DNA of 64,000 nt, counting the filler, from Sphacelaria rigidula (Eukaryota), in the NCBI GenBank assembly GCA_964200075.2. It is 10 parts of 10 records of this genome, joined end to end, with 100 filler letters (N's around TTAATTAATTAA, not from the genome) between each part and the next. Parts side by side here need not be neighbours in the genome. Positions count along the whole stretch, not along the records: positions 44,873 to 51,182 come from CAXNAA020020863.1; positions 51,283 to 57,592 come from CAXNAA020020864.1; positions 57,693 to 64,000 come from CAXNAA020020876.1; 7 more parts are not named here. One strand, written 5' to 3'. The position numbers were made by a program, and so were the translations under genes. The notes beneath the pieces were generated by a model. That model did not search any database and was not told where the DNA came from. It saw nothing but the letters and a program-made list of their open reading frames with translations. Positions 49,801-62,519 of this stretch are shown here, piece by piece; within the stretch, counting starts at the first letter, position 1, and each line of letters begins with the position of its first letter.

Positions 49801-50850
49801 GTTGCTGTTGGGCATGGGAACGCCGCGCACGATACGATCGAGGGCTGCCTCGGCGAGAGCACAAAGTTCATCTTTACCTTTAGCGCGAAGTACCTGGGTA
49901 GTTACGAGCATTTTCTCAGCGGCGTGCTTGCCTCGCGCTCGTTCGATGGATCTGATCTGCGGTACGTCACGACGGGGGAAGGGAGCGCCGGGCGGGTGCG
50001 GAAAACGAGACTTGTGGAATGCGACAGCGACGACGACGACGCGAAGACATTTCTGTAGAAGGCAGCAGTGAGATATCCAGCGGGGAAACAGGCGTGAAAT
50101 CCGTTGAGAAGTGGTGGAAGACGTTGACCATCTGATACTCGAAAACAACTCAAGATTTATGCCTTAAAAACAGCTAACCTAGGTCTGTTCCCTGCGACAA
50201 GAAATGACTATCTCTTTCCTCGTGAACGTTAGCGAGATGGGAAGAGGGACCTACAGCTTACGGCACTTACACGGTATGAAATCAGCATACACAAAATGCA
50301 TGTGGCGTCGATGCAGCAGAGGCATTCTTGCTACAAGACAGAAGAAACAACGGCGCCCGCGGCAGAATCTGGTGAAGTAGGATGGTTAGATATCGACGCA
50401 TAGTGACACGCTTCGTGAGTGAACCAGGGCGCAACCGTCGCTTTCATCAGTATTTGCTGTAGTTTAGTTCACTCACTCTTCTAGCCAAAGCCTGGTCAGA
50501 CATGGTCCGTACGCGGTGAAGGCAATGATCGTAGCTCGCTGTACCGGCAGTACCATCTTCTCGGGCATCGATGTGCTCTTGCAGAACCTGCAACATCACA
50601 TACAGCGGGAAGATGCAGCGGAGGCGAAACGTAACTCTCCCTTGTGTTGAAGTACCCCCGGAGATCTGGCCGGAGCAACTTGAGTGCAAAGGTTCTCAGA
50701 CGGTGTGTCACCCATTAGTGTGTCTTTACGACTCCAAGCACAGCCATGATGCTCAAGGGCCTCGTGGTGGACGTGAGCAAGGCTACAGCACGCTCACCCG
50801 AGTTGCCCTACAACAGTTGCAACCAAATCAAAACGGTGTACGAGCCATGT
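46850..50850 (+). pseudogene. Probable decayed CxC/KDZ (Zisupton-like) transposase
   Basis: Ordered frame-broken motifs VWRHPC...YMTRDLLD (~46930-47033), CKRC(G)QRP.FVCVDEEWL (~47105-47160), GI..CSC..I.Y...M (~50563-50620), NLSAKVLRR and EQGYSTL (~50775). Confidence 0.4.
49348..49551. mobile_element. hAT MITE (204 bp)
   Basis: CAAGGGCGTGTCGGGT ... ACCCGACACCCCCTTG with a perfect 8-bp TSD GACCTTTC. Confidence 0.9.
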
Positions 50851-51474
50851 GACACAAGCGGACCGTGTAGCGGTTCCCACCTTCTTCCTCTCTTTTGCCT
50901 CAGCTTCGCTGAGTTCTGTCGCGTAGAGCTCTTGGACGGGTTCACCCCCCGCCATCACATCTGAGGGAGTCGAACAGAAGAGTCGTGGAACGACAAGAGG
51001 TGACGACTAGAGGAATCCAGACAGCCGTTCAAGGGGACCGTGGTGTGAAGTCGACGAGTTTCTCTCAACACAACAGAGCACGATCCTGAGGTTGCCGTGC
51101 ACTTTTTTCCTATCACACTTTGAACCCCTCCCCTTCCTCGGGATGAGTCCGTGGTCTCAAGGGATCAACCCATCTCTCCCCCNNNNNNNNNNNNNNNNNN
51201 NNNNNNNNNNNNNNNNNNNNNNNNNNTTAATTAATTAANNNNNNNNNNNNNNNNNNNNNNNNNNNNNNNNNNNNNNNNNNNNCGATTAAAAAAACTTGTA
51301 TCTTAATTGGCTCTGTATCTTAATTGGTACATTTCCCTCTATATATTCACTCCAAATTAGACATATCATCATTTCCTTAAAGCAAGAAAGAAATCATGAA
51401 GCATCTCAAAGCTTGTCCTATCCAATGCTTTCGTGAGAATGTCTGGACACTGCTCCTTACTCACAATGTGACCT

Positions 51475-52560
51475 CGAATAAACGTCCCTAGTACGGAACA
51501 GTACCAAGCAAGGAACCCTTTTTTTGATCGTCCATAACTCCGCGAAATATCAATCGTTTTTCATTCTGTTTCTTGCTGCGTGTGCGCAAGAGCACGACGC
51601 TTCGTTTGAGCTACTACACGTGCCTTTTGAACCAAAAACATCATCCTGAAGCGCTGCGAATATGCGCATGTGTGTCTGTCTCCAAAATCAGGTTTTTGGT
51701 CGATCGGCTGCTAAGCATGCAGAGAGTAAAGGTGGACCCAGAACGTGCAGCAGACGCCGTAGAAGCGGTACGCAGCGGTCGCATGACCTTCCATGCTGCT
51801 GCAAAGACCTTTGACATCTCCGTTGGTTCGCTGCAGAAGCGTGTCAGTGGTAGCGTGGGCATAGCTGGCAGGGTTGGCTCGGGTACTGTACTGTCGACGG
51901 AAGAAGATAATTCCAACGAAGGTATGCTGAAATTTGCCGCAGCTCGTCAGCGGACCTGAATAGAGATGGCCTGTAATAGGCGGTTATGGCGTTTTGCAGC
52001 GATAACCGACCGGTGCACGGGTGGCCACTGGGGTCTGTAACCTGGTCATTTTGGGACCTTATCCACCTTTGGCAAGGTCCGCGGGTTGGGTAGACAACTG
52101 AGGAGCAGTCGCACAGCATGGACAGGATCGAAACAAAACATGTCCCAGTCTATAGGCGGGTGACTCCCCTGTAGACTGGAACATGCTTTGTTCCAAACCT
52201 GTCTATGCTGTGCGAATGCTCTTCAGTTGTCTACCCAACCCGCGGACCTTGCCAAAGGTGAATAAGGTCCCAAAATGGCCAGGTTACAGACCCCAGTGGC
52301 CACCCGTGTGCCAAAGGACCCGACGGTAGGCTCATGTTGAAAATGGCTCGACTTGTTCCTTCAGAGGCACCCGCGGCTAGATGAGCGCAGCAACCGCATC
52401 TACAAGGCCGACAGGGTGGTACGGCCGACGAACAAGATTGCATGCCGGAGTTTTATGCGGCCTGTGATAACTACTTTGTCAAGGAGAAGCCGGCAACCGA
52501 CCACAGTTGGAAAACTGACGAGACACGTGCTTTACAGTCTGTCAAAACCCGTTCCGTGTA
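51475..52560 (+). mobile_element. Decayed pogo/Fot1-like DNA transposon, 5' part (HTH_psq and CENP-B-type HTH; ATG at 51717)
   Basis: AADAVEAVRSGRMTFHAAAKTFDISVGSLQKRVSG...LSTEE, and after the insertion KWLDLFLQRHPRL; stops and frameshifts are present. Confidence 0.75.
52016..52308. mobile_element. Fully palindromic CAC...GTG MITE (CMC/EnSpm-like, 2-bp TSD TG) inside the pogo transposase
   Basis: CACGGGTGGCCACTGGGGTCTGTAACCTGG / CCAGGTTACAGACCCCAGTGGCCACCCGTG; pairing runs to a centre near 52162; removal restores the reading R-P-V-P-K-D-P. Confidence 0.85.
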
Positions 52561-52936
52561 TGTGATACAATGCATGTGTCTAGAGCCAGAGCCAGAGGCT
52601 GTTGCTGTGGAGTGGTGTTTGTCTTCTCTCAATTATGCTGCGTTTGAAACGGCATTATTCGCGCCGCATTCTTCGCCGACAAAGCACTTAAGAGTGGATC
52701 CTGGAAAATGGGGTTGATACCTGAAATGAGGTTCAAGTGGCGTAATTGTTTTGCAGGGATGATGCGAAACAGTTAGACAAAATGAAACCATCTTCCCCCC
52801 CAAAACGAGTGCGCACGGTAATCGAATATACTCACACTCAATGATGGATGCATGTACTCAGGCCTGGAAGCTTGGGAAATGGATATTGTGGTTGGATTAT
52901 GACATATGAGTGAAGGGGAAATAAGAGATACAGTTC

Positions 52937-53678
52937 TGTTGTTAAGGGTATACCCGACTTGTTGGTTGCAGTAAGAATCCGCTGAAGAGGCACACGCCCA
53001 ATCGCGTGGCCGAGGAATTAGGTTCTGACGTGTTGCTTGTGTACATGAATGGCTCTTCACGATTGACCACCCCCCTTTTTGGCAGTGCACTTTTCTGGGT
53101 TTTTACGTTTTGGGTCGAGAGTATAACATACATTTATCAACAAGGGAATCAATTCAACAAGAGAGGTCCCACGGCCTCTTCTGACACATAGACCCCAGCG
53201 CCGAGTAGGGGATTCAGCCCTTACGCTAGCGATTAGGCTACGCTCCGCACAGGCAACCTCAGGGTTTATTCAGACATGAAAAAATGGACTCCGAAAATCA
53301 AGTAGACAACATCATGACCAAGAAAAAAGATGCCGACCCAGACGCGATGAAGGAGATACTATCAGGATACGTCCAGGAGCAAGATAAACAGAAACAAGAA
53401 CTGCGACAACAAAGTCAAGCACAGGAAGAGGATCCAAGACTGGCAGCGCGCGCGTCAGCAACAAGAGCTACGCCCCCCCAGCAACGATTCCAACCTACGA
53501 CTTCTACAGCAGCATTTCAAGACGTTCGAGACGCACCCCTGCATACACAGGGTCAAGCCCAGATGGTACAGTCTGGCATTTTGAGGGTACGTTCGCATAA
53601 CAGTATTGCAGCGTGGGATGATACGGCGAAGAGTGGTCAGGAAGTAAGAGAGAAAATCATGGTTTTCAAGCTACAGAT
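52937..53678 (+). mobile_element. Possible 5' end of an LTR retrotransposon: LTR (52937-53159), tRNA-Gln-like PBS, gag-like ORF start at 53284
   Basis: TGTTG...TCAACA, then GAGGTCCCAC (53163-53172; the Gln PBS is TGGAGGTCCCACC), then an open Q/E-rich ORF cut by a pogo copy. Confidence 0.4.
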
Positions 53679-53998
53679 GATGGAAGGTCATGCGACCGCT
53701 GCGTACCGCCTCTACGCCCTCTGTTGCACGTTCCGGGCCACCTTTACTCTCTGCATGCTTAGCAACCGATGGACCAAAAAGCTGTTTTTGAAGAAAGACA
53801 CACACGCCCTGATTCACAGTGCTGTGGGATGGTGTTTGTTTTACAAGAGGCACGTGCAGTAGCTCAAAAGAAGCGCCATGCTCTTGTGCACACGCAGCAA
53901 AAAATAGAATGGAAAAATGTTGACTTGTCGCGGAGTTATGGACGATTAACGAAAATAGTTACGTAATTGGTACTGTTCCGAAATAGGGACGTTTACTC
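53679..53998 (-). mobile_element. Second pogo/Fot1-like 5' fragment, inverted relative to 51478-51795
   Basis: ATGGAAGGTCATGCGACCGCTGCGTACCGC ... GCGGAGTTATGGACGAT ... TAGGGACGTTTA is the reverse complement of the first copy. Confidence 0.8.
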
Positions 53999-54694
53999 TA
54001 TATTTTCCCTTCCCAAACCAGCCACTTTTTTCAGGGAGGGCAATCGTAGAAAGTGTCACAACCAAGATGTGACTGACAGGTAGGAGGCCTAGATTTGGGG
54101 TGAACGCGAAGTTGTATCTACAACAGTCGTTACAGATATCCGCCTCATAATTGCGTTGCGTTTTGAAGCAAGTACGTAGTCGAGTGTCGTATTTCTGTAC
54201 TCGACCATTGAGTTCGCTAAGACAGTGGCCAATCGCAGTGGAGCTTGAGGTGTACATTTTATGAGATGACTGAGTGTGTTCTTCGAGTTAGTCAGCTGGT
54301 ATAAGTTCTCGTAGGTAAGCCTGGATCCACTCGGTGTTCACCCCTGGTGTCTGGAGACCAATCCTACGGCAGCAACAACAGCAGTATCTAATTCAAGCAT
54401 ATCATCAGGGTTCGCTCTTCTGCCGCACGCTCGGTTGTCCTGTGCCTCGAGTGATCAGAGCCCCAAGGGAGGAGTACACAGTGAGTCGATTTGCTCCTCG
54501 TTTGGGTATATACATCAATGATCGGCATCGCCTCTAAGTGAATTGTGGAATTCCATCCATATAACCCCTGCTTCCCAGAGAAGCAACTCGTGAAGTAAAT
54601 CAGATGGACGCTGGAACCTGGGGAACAACTGCGGTAGGCAGCATTCTTCTTCCACCACAAGACGCCTCACCTTTAAACATGACAGAGAGTAAAC

Positions 54695-54928
54695 ATCTTG
54701 TGTACAGACTTTGTCGGGTACGGGTATGCATGCTGTAGAAAGAACCGTACCCTCGACCGGGGATTTATCCAAGGGTATACCCACCCGTGCCCTGGGTACA
54801 GGCACGGGAGGCTTACAGAACTTACAGAGCTGACAAGTATATGAGAGGCTTACATAACTCATAGAACTGTCGGTTATGGGTGATACCCGGTGGGTAAATG
54901 CCCCGGGTATACAAAATATCGTGCCCTG
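54695..54928. repeat. Family B copy
   Basis: GGAGGCTTACAGAA..., AGAACTGTCGG..., ATACCCGG...CCCGGGTATACAA shared with 4008-4435. Confidence 0.65.
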
Positions 54929-56782
54929 CAGTCCAAATGTTGAAAATTGCTTGCTTGATTTTATCCCTTCCTATCAGGGTCACCCGCTGCCTTCCTTGAA
55001 TCACACACGCCCCGCCGGATATTTATGTTGCTTCCCAGTCTTGAAAAGAGCAGCACTCGTGGCAGCATATATGTTGTCCTGGAACGAAGCGGGTGTTCAA
55101 AGTAAATTCGGCGCGTACTTGATATGTATTTCTCGATGTTCTGCCCGTCGTAGTGCAACATCTCTGACGGGAGGTGTCATCAATGCCTTGCCTCGAAGCT
55201 ACGGGTTACCTTGTCAAGAAAACCCTACAGCAATGCTGTCAGCCTCAACTCATTAGGTTCATGAAATACCTCACACCATTCTCACCGTTCTCCTATTGCA
55301 CAGACATTGTTGCTACTGTTGTCAGCACTATACTTCATTGAAGGCAATTTGCATTCTACTTATAATGAAGTTATCGCATCACATACCTCTGCTCACACCT
55401 GCGCGAACAGTCGACCAATAATAGTTGAATGACGTTTGACAGTTCATCGATCAAAACGAAAACGGTATGTATGTCAATACTCAACCCAATCGGCCACCTC
55501 CGCCATGTAGACGTGTACACTAAGCGTCCGCAGTACAACATAAACAAAATACAACACTTTTCCGCATCGAGTACCTCGTACATACATTAGGAGATAGGAG
55601 ACAGCCATAAACCCAGGAAAACAACAAAAGAGCCAATGCGCACAACAGGAAACGTGCTTCGGGCACTTCAACATTCATCGTACAGTACTGTATCTACGCA
55701 GGCGACACTTGCATATTTTCGTTCACTGTTGGGTGCACGACACTGCACTGTCTGTGCGCGCGACCACCGCTGCTACATTGCCACACTACGGTAGGGTCTC
55801 GCTTCCAGGCTTACATAATGGAAGCAAAAAATGGCCTCCTCAAACTGGAGACATTGCTGTACTACACTGCGCTCGCCAGTAGAAGAATCAAACCATAACA
55901 TGTACTGTATTCACCACCCACATTGCCCTTACCACCCACTCACCCCCCCCATCAGCTCGCCCTCTAACCCGCTCAGATCCACACCCATATATGCACACAC
56001 AACTTACACCCATACACAAACGCGCAGTTGATCTTCCCGAGGGGTAGAGTTGCACACAGATCTTCAGGTAATGTTTTCTCGCAGCTGCACCAAGGCAGGA
56101 AATCAAAAGTGTCCGGTACGGGTGAACCGAGAGCGAGGCGAAGAATCCCCGTGCCCCCAATCAGAGGCGGCCTCACTCATGGCGCCCGGCGTGGCCCTGC
56201 GGTATTTCCGAGTCATGAGGGGAAGCGGGAAGAACATGGGTTTAATGACAGCGTCTTGTCTCCTCAAATGCAATATACGGTGCTATCAATTGCGCTAGCA
56301 CTAGACCTAGTAGTGCTTGATGGAGGAACCGTAACAGCTTCAGCCGTAGTAAAAAAAGCGGTGGAATAGTATCAGCAGGAAATGCACGTTGTGCTATGAT
56401 TGATCGAGACATCAATTTCGGGCCAGGTCTGCCGGCAAACCACCGGATGATTTCTGCTCGTTGGGATTCTGAAGCTTTTACCCGAACGACCCTAGAAGCT
56501 TGAATCGAAACTTACAGTGATGGCAGAGCGTGCCATTGACTGACAAGGTCGTGGCGTCACTGGTCTATTGCGAATAGAAAGTACGCTAGCATAGGCGTAA
56601 CGATGTCAAAACAACAGTGAGTCGTCGAACGGTTTCCGAAGTTGCGACGCGATTCCACTTTTTGGAACGAAGTACCACCCTCTCGTTTCGCGAAATATGT
56701 GTTGCACACAGCCTTGCGGCTTCACGGCGTCATTTTTGTTGAATGCACTAGCGCGGCAAAGAAAAATGGTACAAATCAAAAC

Positions 56783-57447
56783 CAGAGTGTCGACGTGCCC
56801 ATTGGATTCATCCTCGCGTCCATCCTCATTGCTAAAGACATCTCCCAAGGTGGCCAGGGGCTCGGTCTCTGCATTCATGCGGGAATTCGGGGTGCGCTGA
56901 AACATCGACGTCGTAGCCCCGACACTCCGACTCGTAGGTGTAGGCAATCCACCGTATCCACTGTACGTAGACGCAAGGTCTGCCCTTCCATTTGTCCATG
57001 GGCTCCGAGGAGACTCGCCGTCGCCAAATCTGCTCTCGTTGTACCACGTAACCGGAGACAGCTCGCCTCCATCGGAAGCAGGCCCTTCGCTCTCGCTCAG
57101 CACAAGTGAGTCTGTTCGCTCGGGATAAGGTCGTCGCTGGGACTTTGCTACCGAGTGTTTCCGATCATCCCGATCATCCCGATCATGCGTATCCGGCAGA
57201 TCGGAGCCCGCATCAGAGTCCCACAGACCGCGGCGGGTGTGTTGTTGTGACGAGGAAACCGAGTCGCCCTTGTTGTGATGTGTTTGCCATTGGGAACCGC
57301 AAATCGAATCATCGCACCCAAGTGGCGTTTGGCTCCCAAACCCGGAATCTCCGGCACCAGAGGGAAATATGTCCGCTCCGCCGATCACGCGCAAGGGGCT
57401 GGCTTGGTTGGTGCCTGATTTATCAAACGATACGAAGCTGAGGGTCG
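56783..57447 (-). CDS. Candidate low-complexity (S/D/G-rich) exon, product unknown
   Basis: About 220 open codons with protein-like composition after a TAG acceptor; weak donor; no recognisable domain. Confidence 0.35.
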
Positions 57448-57745
57448 CTATCAAGGGGTTTTGGAGAATAGTACTGTAGGTTGAAAATGTTCACGGGATA
57501 TGCGAAAAAGACCCAAACACGCCCCCCCCCCCCCCCCCCCCCCCTCCCCACAGCACTTCTGCTCTTTCTTTTCTGCTATATTCTAGTAAAGANNNNNNNN
57601 NNNNNNNNNNNNNNNNNNNNNNNNNNNNNNNNNNNNTTAATTAATTAANNNNNNNNNNNNNNNNNNNNNNNNNNNNNNNNNNNNNNNNNNNNCGAGTCGA
57701 CTCATCATACTAAAACCAAGTAATTTCCAGACAAATCATTATTTG

Positions 57746-57799
57746 TCCGACCCTTGGAAGGTTACGAGGTTCCAACTGAGCCACCGGGGCGACCGGTTG
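57746..57799 (-). mobile_element. SINE family 1 head fragment
   Basis: CCAACTGAGCCACCGGGGCGACCGG is the reverse complement of the SINE head. Confidence 0.6.
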
Positions 57800-58546
57800 C
57801 AATAGAAAAACATTTGTACTGCTTGAAGTATAGGCCTATCGTAACTATCGTCGGTCTAACCGTAGTTGCAATTTGCTATACTTCAGGCAGTACAATTTTC
57901 CTACCGCAACTATTGTCGGCAATAGTTGCAGAAGGCCTACACTTGAAGCTGTACTTTTTTCTATTGCAGCTATTGACCGTATGTTGACCAAGCTGTGGTA
58001 TTACTGCTACTACTACTCCTGTACGTGAGCGCTGAAGGAACTTGGTGAGAATGCTGTCGCAGAAAACGTGGAAGTATGCCAAATTATTGTGTCAGCCACC
58101 GAAATATATGACTCTTGAATGAAGTAGGCCATTTACGTCTGATGAAGCTGACGATCCACCCCGTGTGTGTGTGTGTGTTTTGCGTGTGTGTGTGAAGTCT
58201 CTGACGACAGTGCGGGAGGCACTGGTCGGGTTGTCGACTACCCTGCTGAAAGCCAAGCAAGCTAGAGAGCCGGTTCTCAGCTGGATGGCAGCTGTGGCCA
58301 ATAATAACAGGTGGGTCAGGCGTTCTAACACACTCGCGGTACGCTTGTATTTTGGGTAAAAACGGTGTCGAGCAGTATGAACTGATCGAAGGATTGATAA
58401 TCTGATTGTCGCACTTTCACTGATATTCCAGGGATCTAGCCGTGGTGACATGATGGACGTACAATACCAAAGGCAAAACAAAACTGAAACACTCGCTGAA
58501 GAAAAGTGAAGAACCCCTCCCCCCCCAAAAAAAAAAAGAAAAAGTA

Positions 58547-58624
58547 CTCCGTCTCGAAAGGGATGCGTGGTCAATGGTTACACGACTAAGGCAAGCAACA
58601 AATGAGTACGCCCCCCCCCCCTCC
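58547..58624 (+). mobile_element. 5'-truncated LINE 3' end
   Basis: GTCTCGAAAGGGATGCGTGGTCAATGG...AAGGCAAGCAACAAATGAGTACG plus C11. Confidence 0.8.
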
Positions 58625-60181
58625 AGAAAATGTAGAGCAAATTTAAAGAGAAGGCTCAGAAAACATTGGAGTGGGAGAGGGAAAAACAACCGACAGGAGA
58701 AAGAAGAAACTGAGGATGGGCAGCCTCTGCGGCCACATGGCTTCGGTGAAAAAGGTCTTGCTTGTGCAGGAACCACTCTCGTGCACAATCGTGGAAAACG
58801 AAAGATCGTGGGAACATGTTACGGCTCACGTACTACAGTACAACCTCGCTATTTTGAGAGTTATCCTCTCATCCATGAACCAACCCTACGAAAGCAAGGC
58901 ACCAAACTGCTCTTGCATACCCTGGCAGAAGATGACACATACATGGAGAGCGTTGTTTATTGGTGGCAAGCGCATTCGAATAGCCGTTGCTGCTTCCAAC
59001 GACGACCTGAAGAAGTGAGATTTTCGTGGGAAAAATGAAGAAATGGTTCCGAAAACCCCTCTCCCCATCATAGCATGACTGCTGGCCTGCTTGTCCACAC
59101 ACGGTTATTTGCGCCTTGGTCGCAAGAGGTTTAATGAAAGTAGCACGGTACGTTTACCGTACTGGTGAAATAGTCTTGACCCTTTTAGAACCCTTTGCCG
59201 ATTTTTGTTTTTGTGAATTGGTATCATTTTCACTCATTTTTCAAGTCAAAATAATGCCGATTCACAACAACAGAAAGTGGCAATGGGTTCCCAAAGGGTT
59301 ATTCTGTTCATCGCCAAATATCATCTGCCCTCTTGTTCTGTGTCGAATTGCTCTTTTTTTTTTTTTCCTGTTTTGACCCCCGCGCCTCTGCTCTCTTCCC
59401 GAGAGACCTCTCTACAAACTCCTAGTGGCGATACGTTCGGGAGGTACACACTCCGAGCTTGATTTTGTTCGGTTAAACTGCTGGATTCACCGTGTTTTGG
59501 GGGTCCCTCTAGCCATAAGGTTCCGGGAAGTGGAGCCGCTACCCACCCTACCACCACCTGCTGACGCATACTGCTTCGGATCATACGCATTTTTACTCGT
59601 TTGTATGTGTTTTGTTGGTGAACAGGGGCCGAGAGAGGGATGGATTTCACCAGGGCTTCGAACGCTTGCCGGTGCGCGCTCTCGTACCAAGTATTTGTTT
59701 TTGTTTTTTTCTTGTGTTTCTTTGTACTGTTTTGTTTTGTTTTGCCGTGGGGGGTAGGGGTATTCTACTTTTTCACCCCCTACATAAGATGCAATGCAAG
59801 CATCGCACACAACGTGACTTCATGTTGAATGCCTTGAATATTATTTGATTTTGTTCTGCGTTTTTTATTTTGCTTGCGCTGTTTGATTTTTTTTTTTACC
59901 GTCTTTCTTCGCCTTGATTATTGTTGTTTTTCGTGTGTTTTTTTTAGTGTTGGTACAAATAAAAATATCGATGTTTGGGTTTTGGTTCGAAAAATTAGAA
60001 GCGCTTGCGTGCATTTCCGCGGAATGCACGTGCGTGCCGTGGGGGCCTCGTCCATGTGCCTTCACCCAAATGCGTGTGTTTTTTCGGATAACGTGTGTTT
60101 TGAATCGACGAACATGCTTCAAAACATTTTTTACTCCATCAAGATTTGTTTTGTCTGCATTTTCGCGACAACTAACTACAG

Positions 60182-60318
60182 GTGAGCTCCGAGGGCATGC
60201 TGTCGAACGTGCTCTGGGTGCTGCTCCGTCTGTGTGAGCCGTTTCTCACCATGGGGGACCCCAAAGCCGAGGCCCTCGCGAACAAGACGGACCTGGACTA
60301 CTTTCACGGAAGTGACCG
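60182..60318 (+). CDS. UFD2: Exon of a ubiquitin conjugation factor E4 (UFD2/UBE4 family, Ufd2 core domain)
   Basis: CTAAC branch-like motif and TACAG| acceptor; VSSEGMLSNVLWVLLRLCEPFL...K.DLDY matches the SS.G..N...VLLRLCEPFL..K.D..Y segment of Ufd2; |GTATGC donor. Confidence 0.75.
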
Positions 60319-60599
60319 GTATGCACAGATAGATGGGTGGATGAAAATACGAAGATATTGTTGTAGTGTCGCAGACGGGGTAGCTAAACAGCGTGCAAAA
60401 CTGGAACAACTCGAACGCTTGGCATCTGAAGATCCAAATTGCCCGTCCTTTTTGACGGGTGCAACGCCCATGTATAGCAGGGCACTCATTAGGCTTCTAC
60501 TTACTATCCTAGCACGGTTTTTGAAGAATTCGTTTATCTTGAAAATAATGTGGGGTCGCTATCAAGTAAAACCGTGCTAGCATAATCAGTACAAGCCTT

Positions 60600-60802
60600 G
60601 CACTTATCGTTACACCTCACAAAATCGGTTACACGTCAAAAGTTGAGCCAGGCTAATAATACGGTGGGGGACCACGTGGGCAGCCCTGGTTTGACTTCAC
60701 TTTGAACAGGGCTCCCCACGTCGTCTCCCACCGTAGTACTAACCTGGCCTGACGCCTAGTTTTTAACGTGTAACGAATTTTGTGACGTGTAACGATCAGT
60801 GC
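60600..60802. mobile_element. Palindromic MITE
   Basis: GCACTTATCGTTACAC.TCACAAAAT.GTTACACGT / ACGTGTAACGAATTTTGTGACGTGTAACGATCAGTGC; core TACGGTG..GGGGACCACGTGGG shared with 62590-62690. Confidence 0.7.
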
Positions 60803-61543
60803 CTATATATATATATATATTGTTCAGGCTGTTCTCGTAGGTCTTCCCGCAATACATTTGCATCGCTACGTTGTGGTATTGTATGGAACCTTTCAGCGGG
60901 TTAATTCAAATCGATACCGTACTTCACCTACTGCGCAATCCCTGATGGTCATACCCTACCTTACGGTAATGTACGACACCTGTACCGCAACTTCCTGATA
61001 ACCCTGCCGTAAATCACATTTAATGTGCTGTGGAAGTACCGTGACACATTCCCCCTGCGCTTCACGCGCGCGTGCACCTTGTTGAAGAAAATGGTGAATG
61101 AAGGATCAATAATAACATACGTCCACGGGCATTATGAGAATATCGTCAGGTATCGCGATGATATCGTGGTCGGATAGTGTGGCACGACGCTTCCCGAAAA
61201 AGCTTCCTGTGTATCAGTAGCTATGTGCTGGGTACGTTGAATCTTCGCAGGATTTGAACTCGGGTAAAAAATAGGACTGCGAAATTAACGGTCTTCGTGC
61301 ATTTACGCATGATTAAAAAAAAATCGATTCAGGATGAACAGTCGATACACATGTGCACGTCGAGTTCACCCCTTTTACTCCGTTTATTACACATCTACTC
61401 CTTTACTCCTTCTTTCTTTTTTTTTTACATTCTTTCTTTCTTTTCTGTTACCTTTTTTTATTCCCATTTTTTCCTAGTCTACTCTGTCGTTCTGTTCCAA
61501 CTTTTTTGTTATTTTCGTCTTTTCCCCCCTTCAACTAGTTTTT

Positions 61544-61748
61544 CAAGGACAGGTCGAGTAGCGTATACTCAATTGCGGGGTATTTGGCAAGACCTACCTG
61601 AGGTACTCAAATTAGGGTAGGGTGTCAGGGATCGTACCCACAAAAATAACTGGAAATCGATCCCTAAAATCCTACCCCCAACTTGTGTATCTAAAGTACG
61701 ACTTTCATAATACCCCGCAATTGAGTACACTCTACTCGACCTCCCTTG
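61544..61748. mobile_element. hAT MITE related to the 33176 element
   Basis: CAAGGACAGGTCGAGTAG.GTATACTCAATTGCGGGGTAT / ATACCCCGCAATTGAGTACACTCTACTCGACCTCCCTTG; TSD TAGTTTTT/TAGTGTTT. Confidence 0.85.
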
Positions 61749-62001
61749 TAGTGTTTCAGTATTGTTTTGCCTCGGGTACGTCTTTCATATTGGATAATGA
61801 CCACGGCTGGATCGCTGGGGAGTCCGTTTAAGTGCGACAATCGATCAAATGAAAATATCAAACTCCATAACTCACTGTCGGGCGGCGAGCCATGATAAGT
61901 GACGATGACCTGCTCGGGTAGGCGCCTATACCCTAACCCCCTCGCCCTCCTTTATGTTCCGCACAAAGGCCATCCGAGGGTACGACCAAGAACGATCATT
62001 T

Positions 62002-62235
62002 GAAGGGTGTGTTTAGGGTGTTTACTATATTCGAGTATTTTGAGAAAAAAATCTTGCTCAAAGCACCCGAAATTTGGGTAAAGTATTAAGATTGTACCTA
62101 ACAATACCCAGATATTGGGGTAGAGTTTTGGACATTGTACCATCGCAACACAAAAAATCGAGGGAATTGAATACCTGTTTATTTTTAGTCTTTATTTATT
62201 CTATTTATTTATTCACCCTACCCAACACACCCTTG
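62002..62235. mobile_element. Older CAAGGG-type MITE
   Basis: AAGGGTGTGTT / AACACACCCTTG ends; no TSD recognisable. Confidence 0.45.
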
Positions 62236-62519
62236 AAAAAATATCGCTTCGACGATATTCATTCTCGTTCGACCCTTAGTGCTGGTCGGAACTTATTTGG
62301 AATGTGGAGTGAGCCGTGAAGATTTTTTTTCCTTCTTTTGTCCTCGAGCATTGACTGGTCTTGATTTGGGAATCTGGTGTGAAGGAAAAACGGATATTCC
62401 GAGGGCGAGATGACGGAAATATTGTTCCTCTGTGATCTCTCGTCCTTATACGGCAGTCTTGTCAGGTCAAGAGGCTGAAACGTTGTTGGTTTGGTTCACA
62501 AAAACGGTTCAGTATTTTT

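Noticed and set aside
53284..53862. 192-aa ORF as one gene
   Set aside because: Its 3' third is the antisense of a pogo fragment, so it is a chance chimeric frame.
57822..57947. Short inverted repeat (AGGCCT..AACTAT / ATAGTT..AGGCCT)
   Set aside because: Termini and TSD could not be fixed unambiguously; probably an old MITE but not supportable.
60319..60580. Extension of the UFD2-like ORF to 132 aa
   Set aside because: Similarity ends at a good GTATGC donor; the rest is probably intron read-through.
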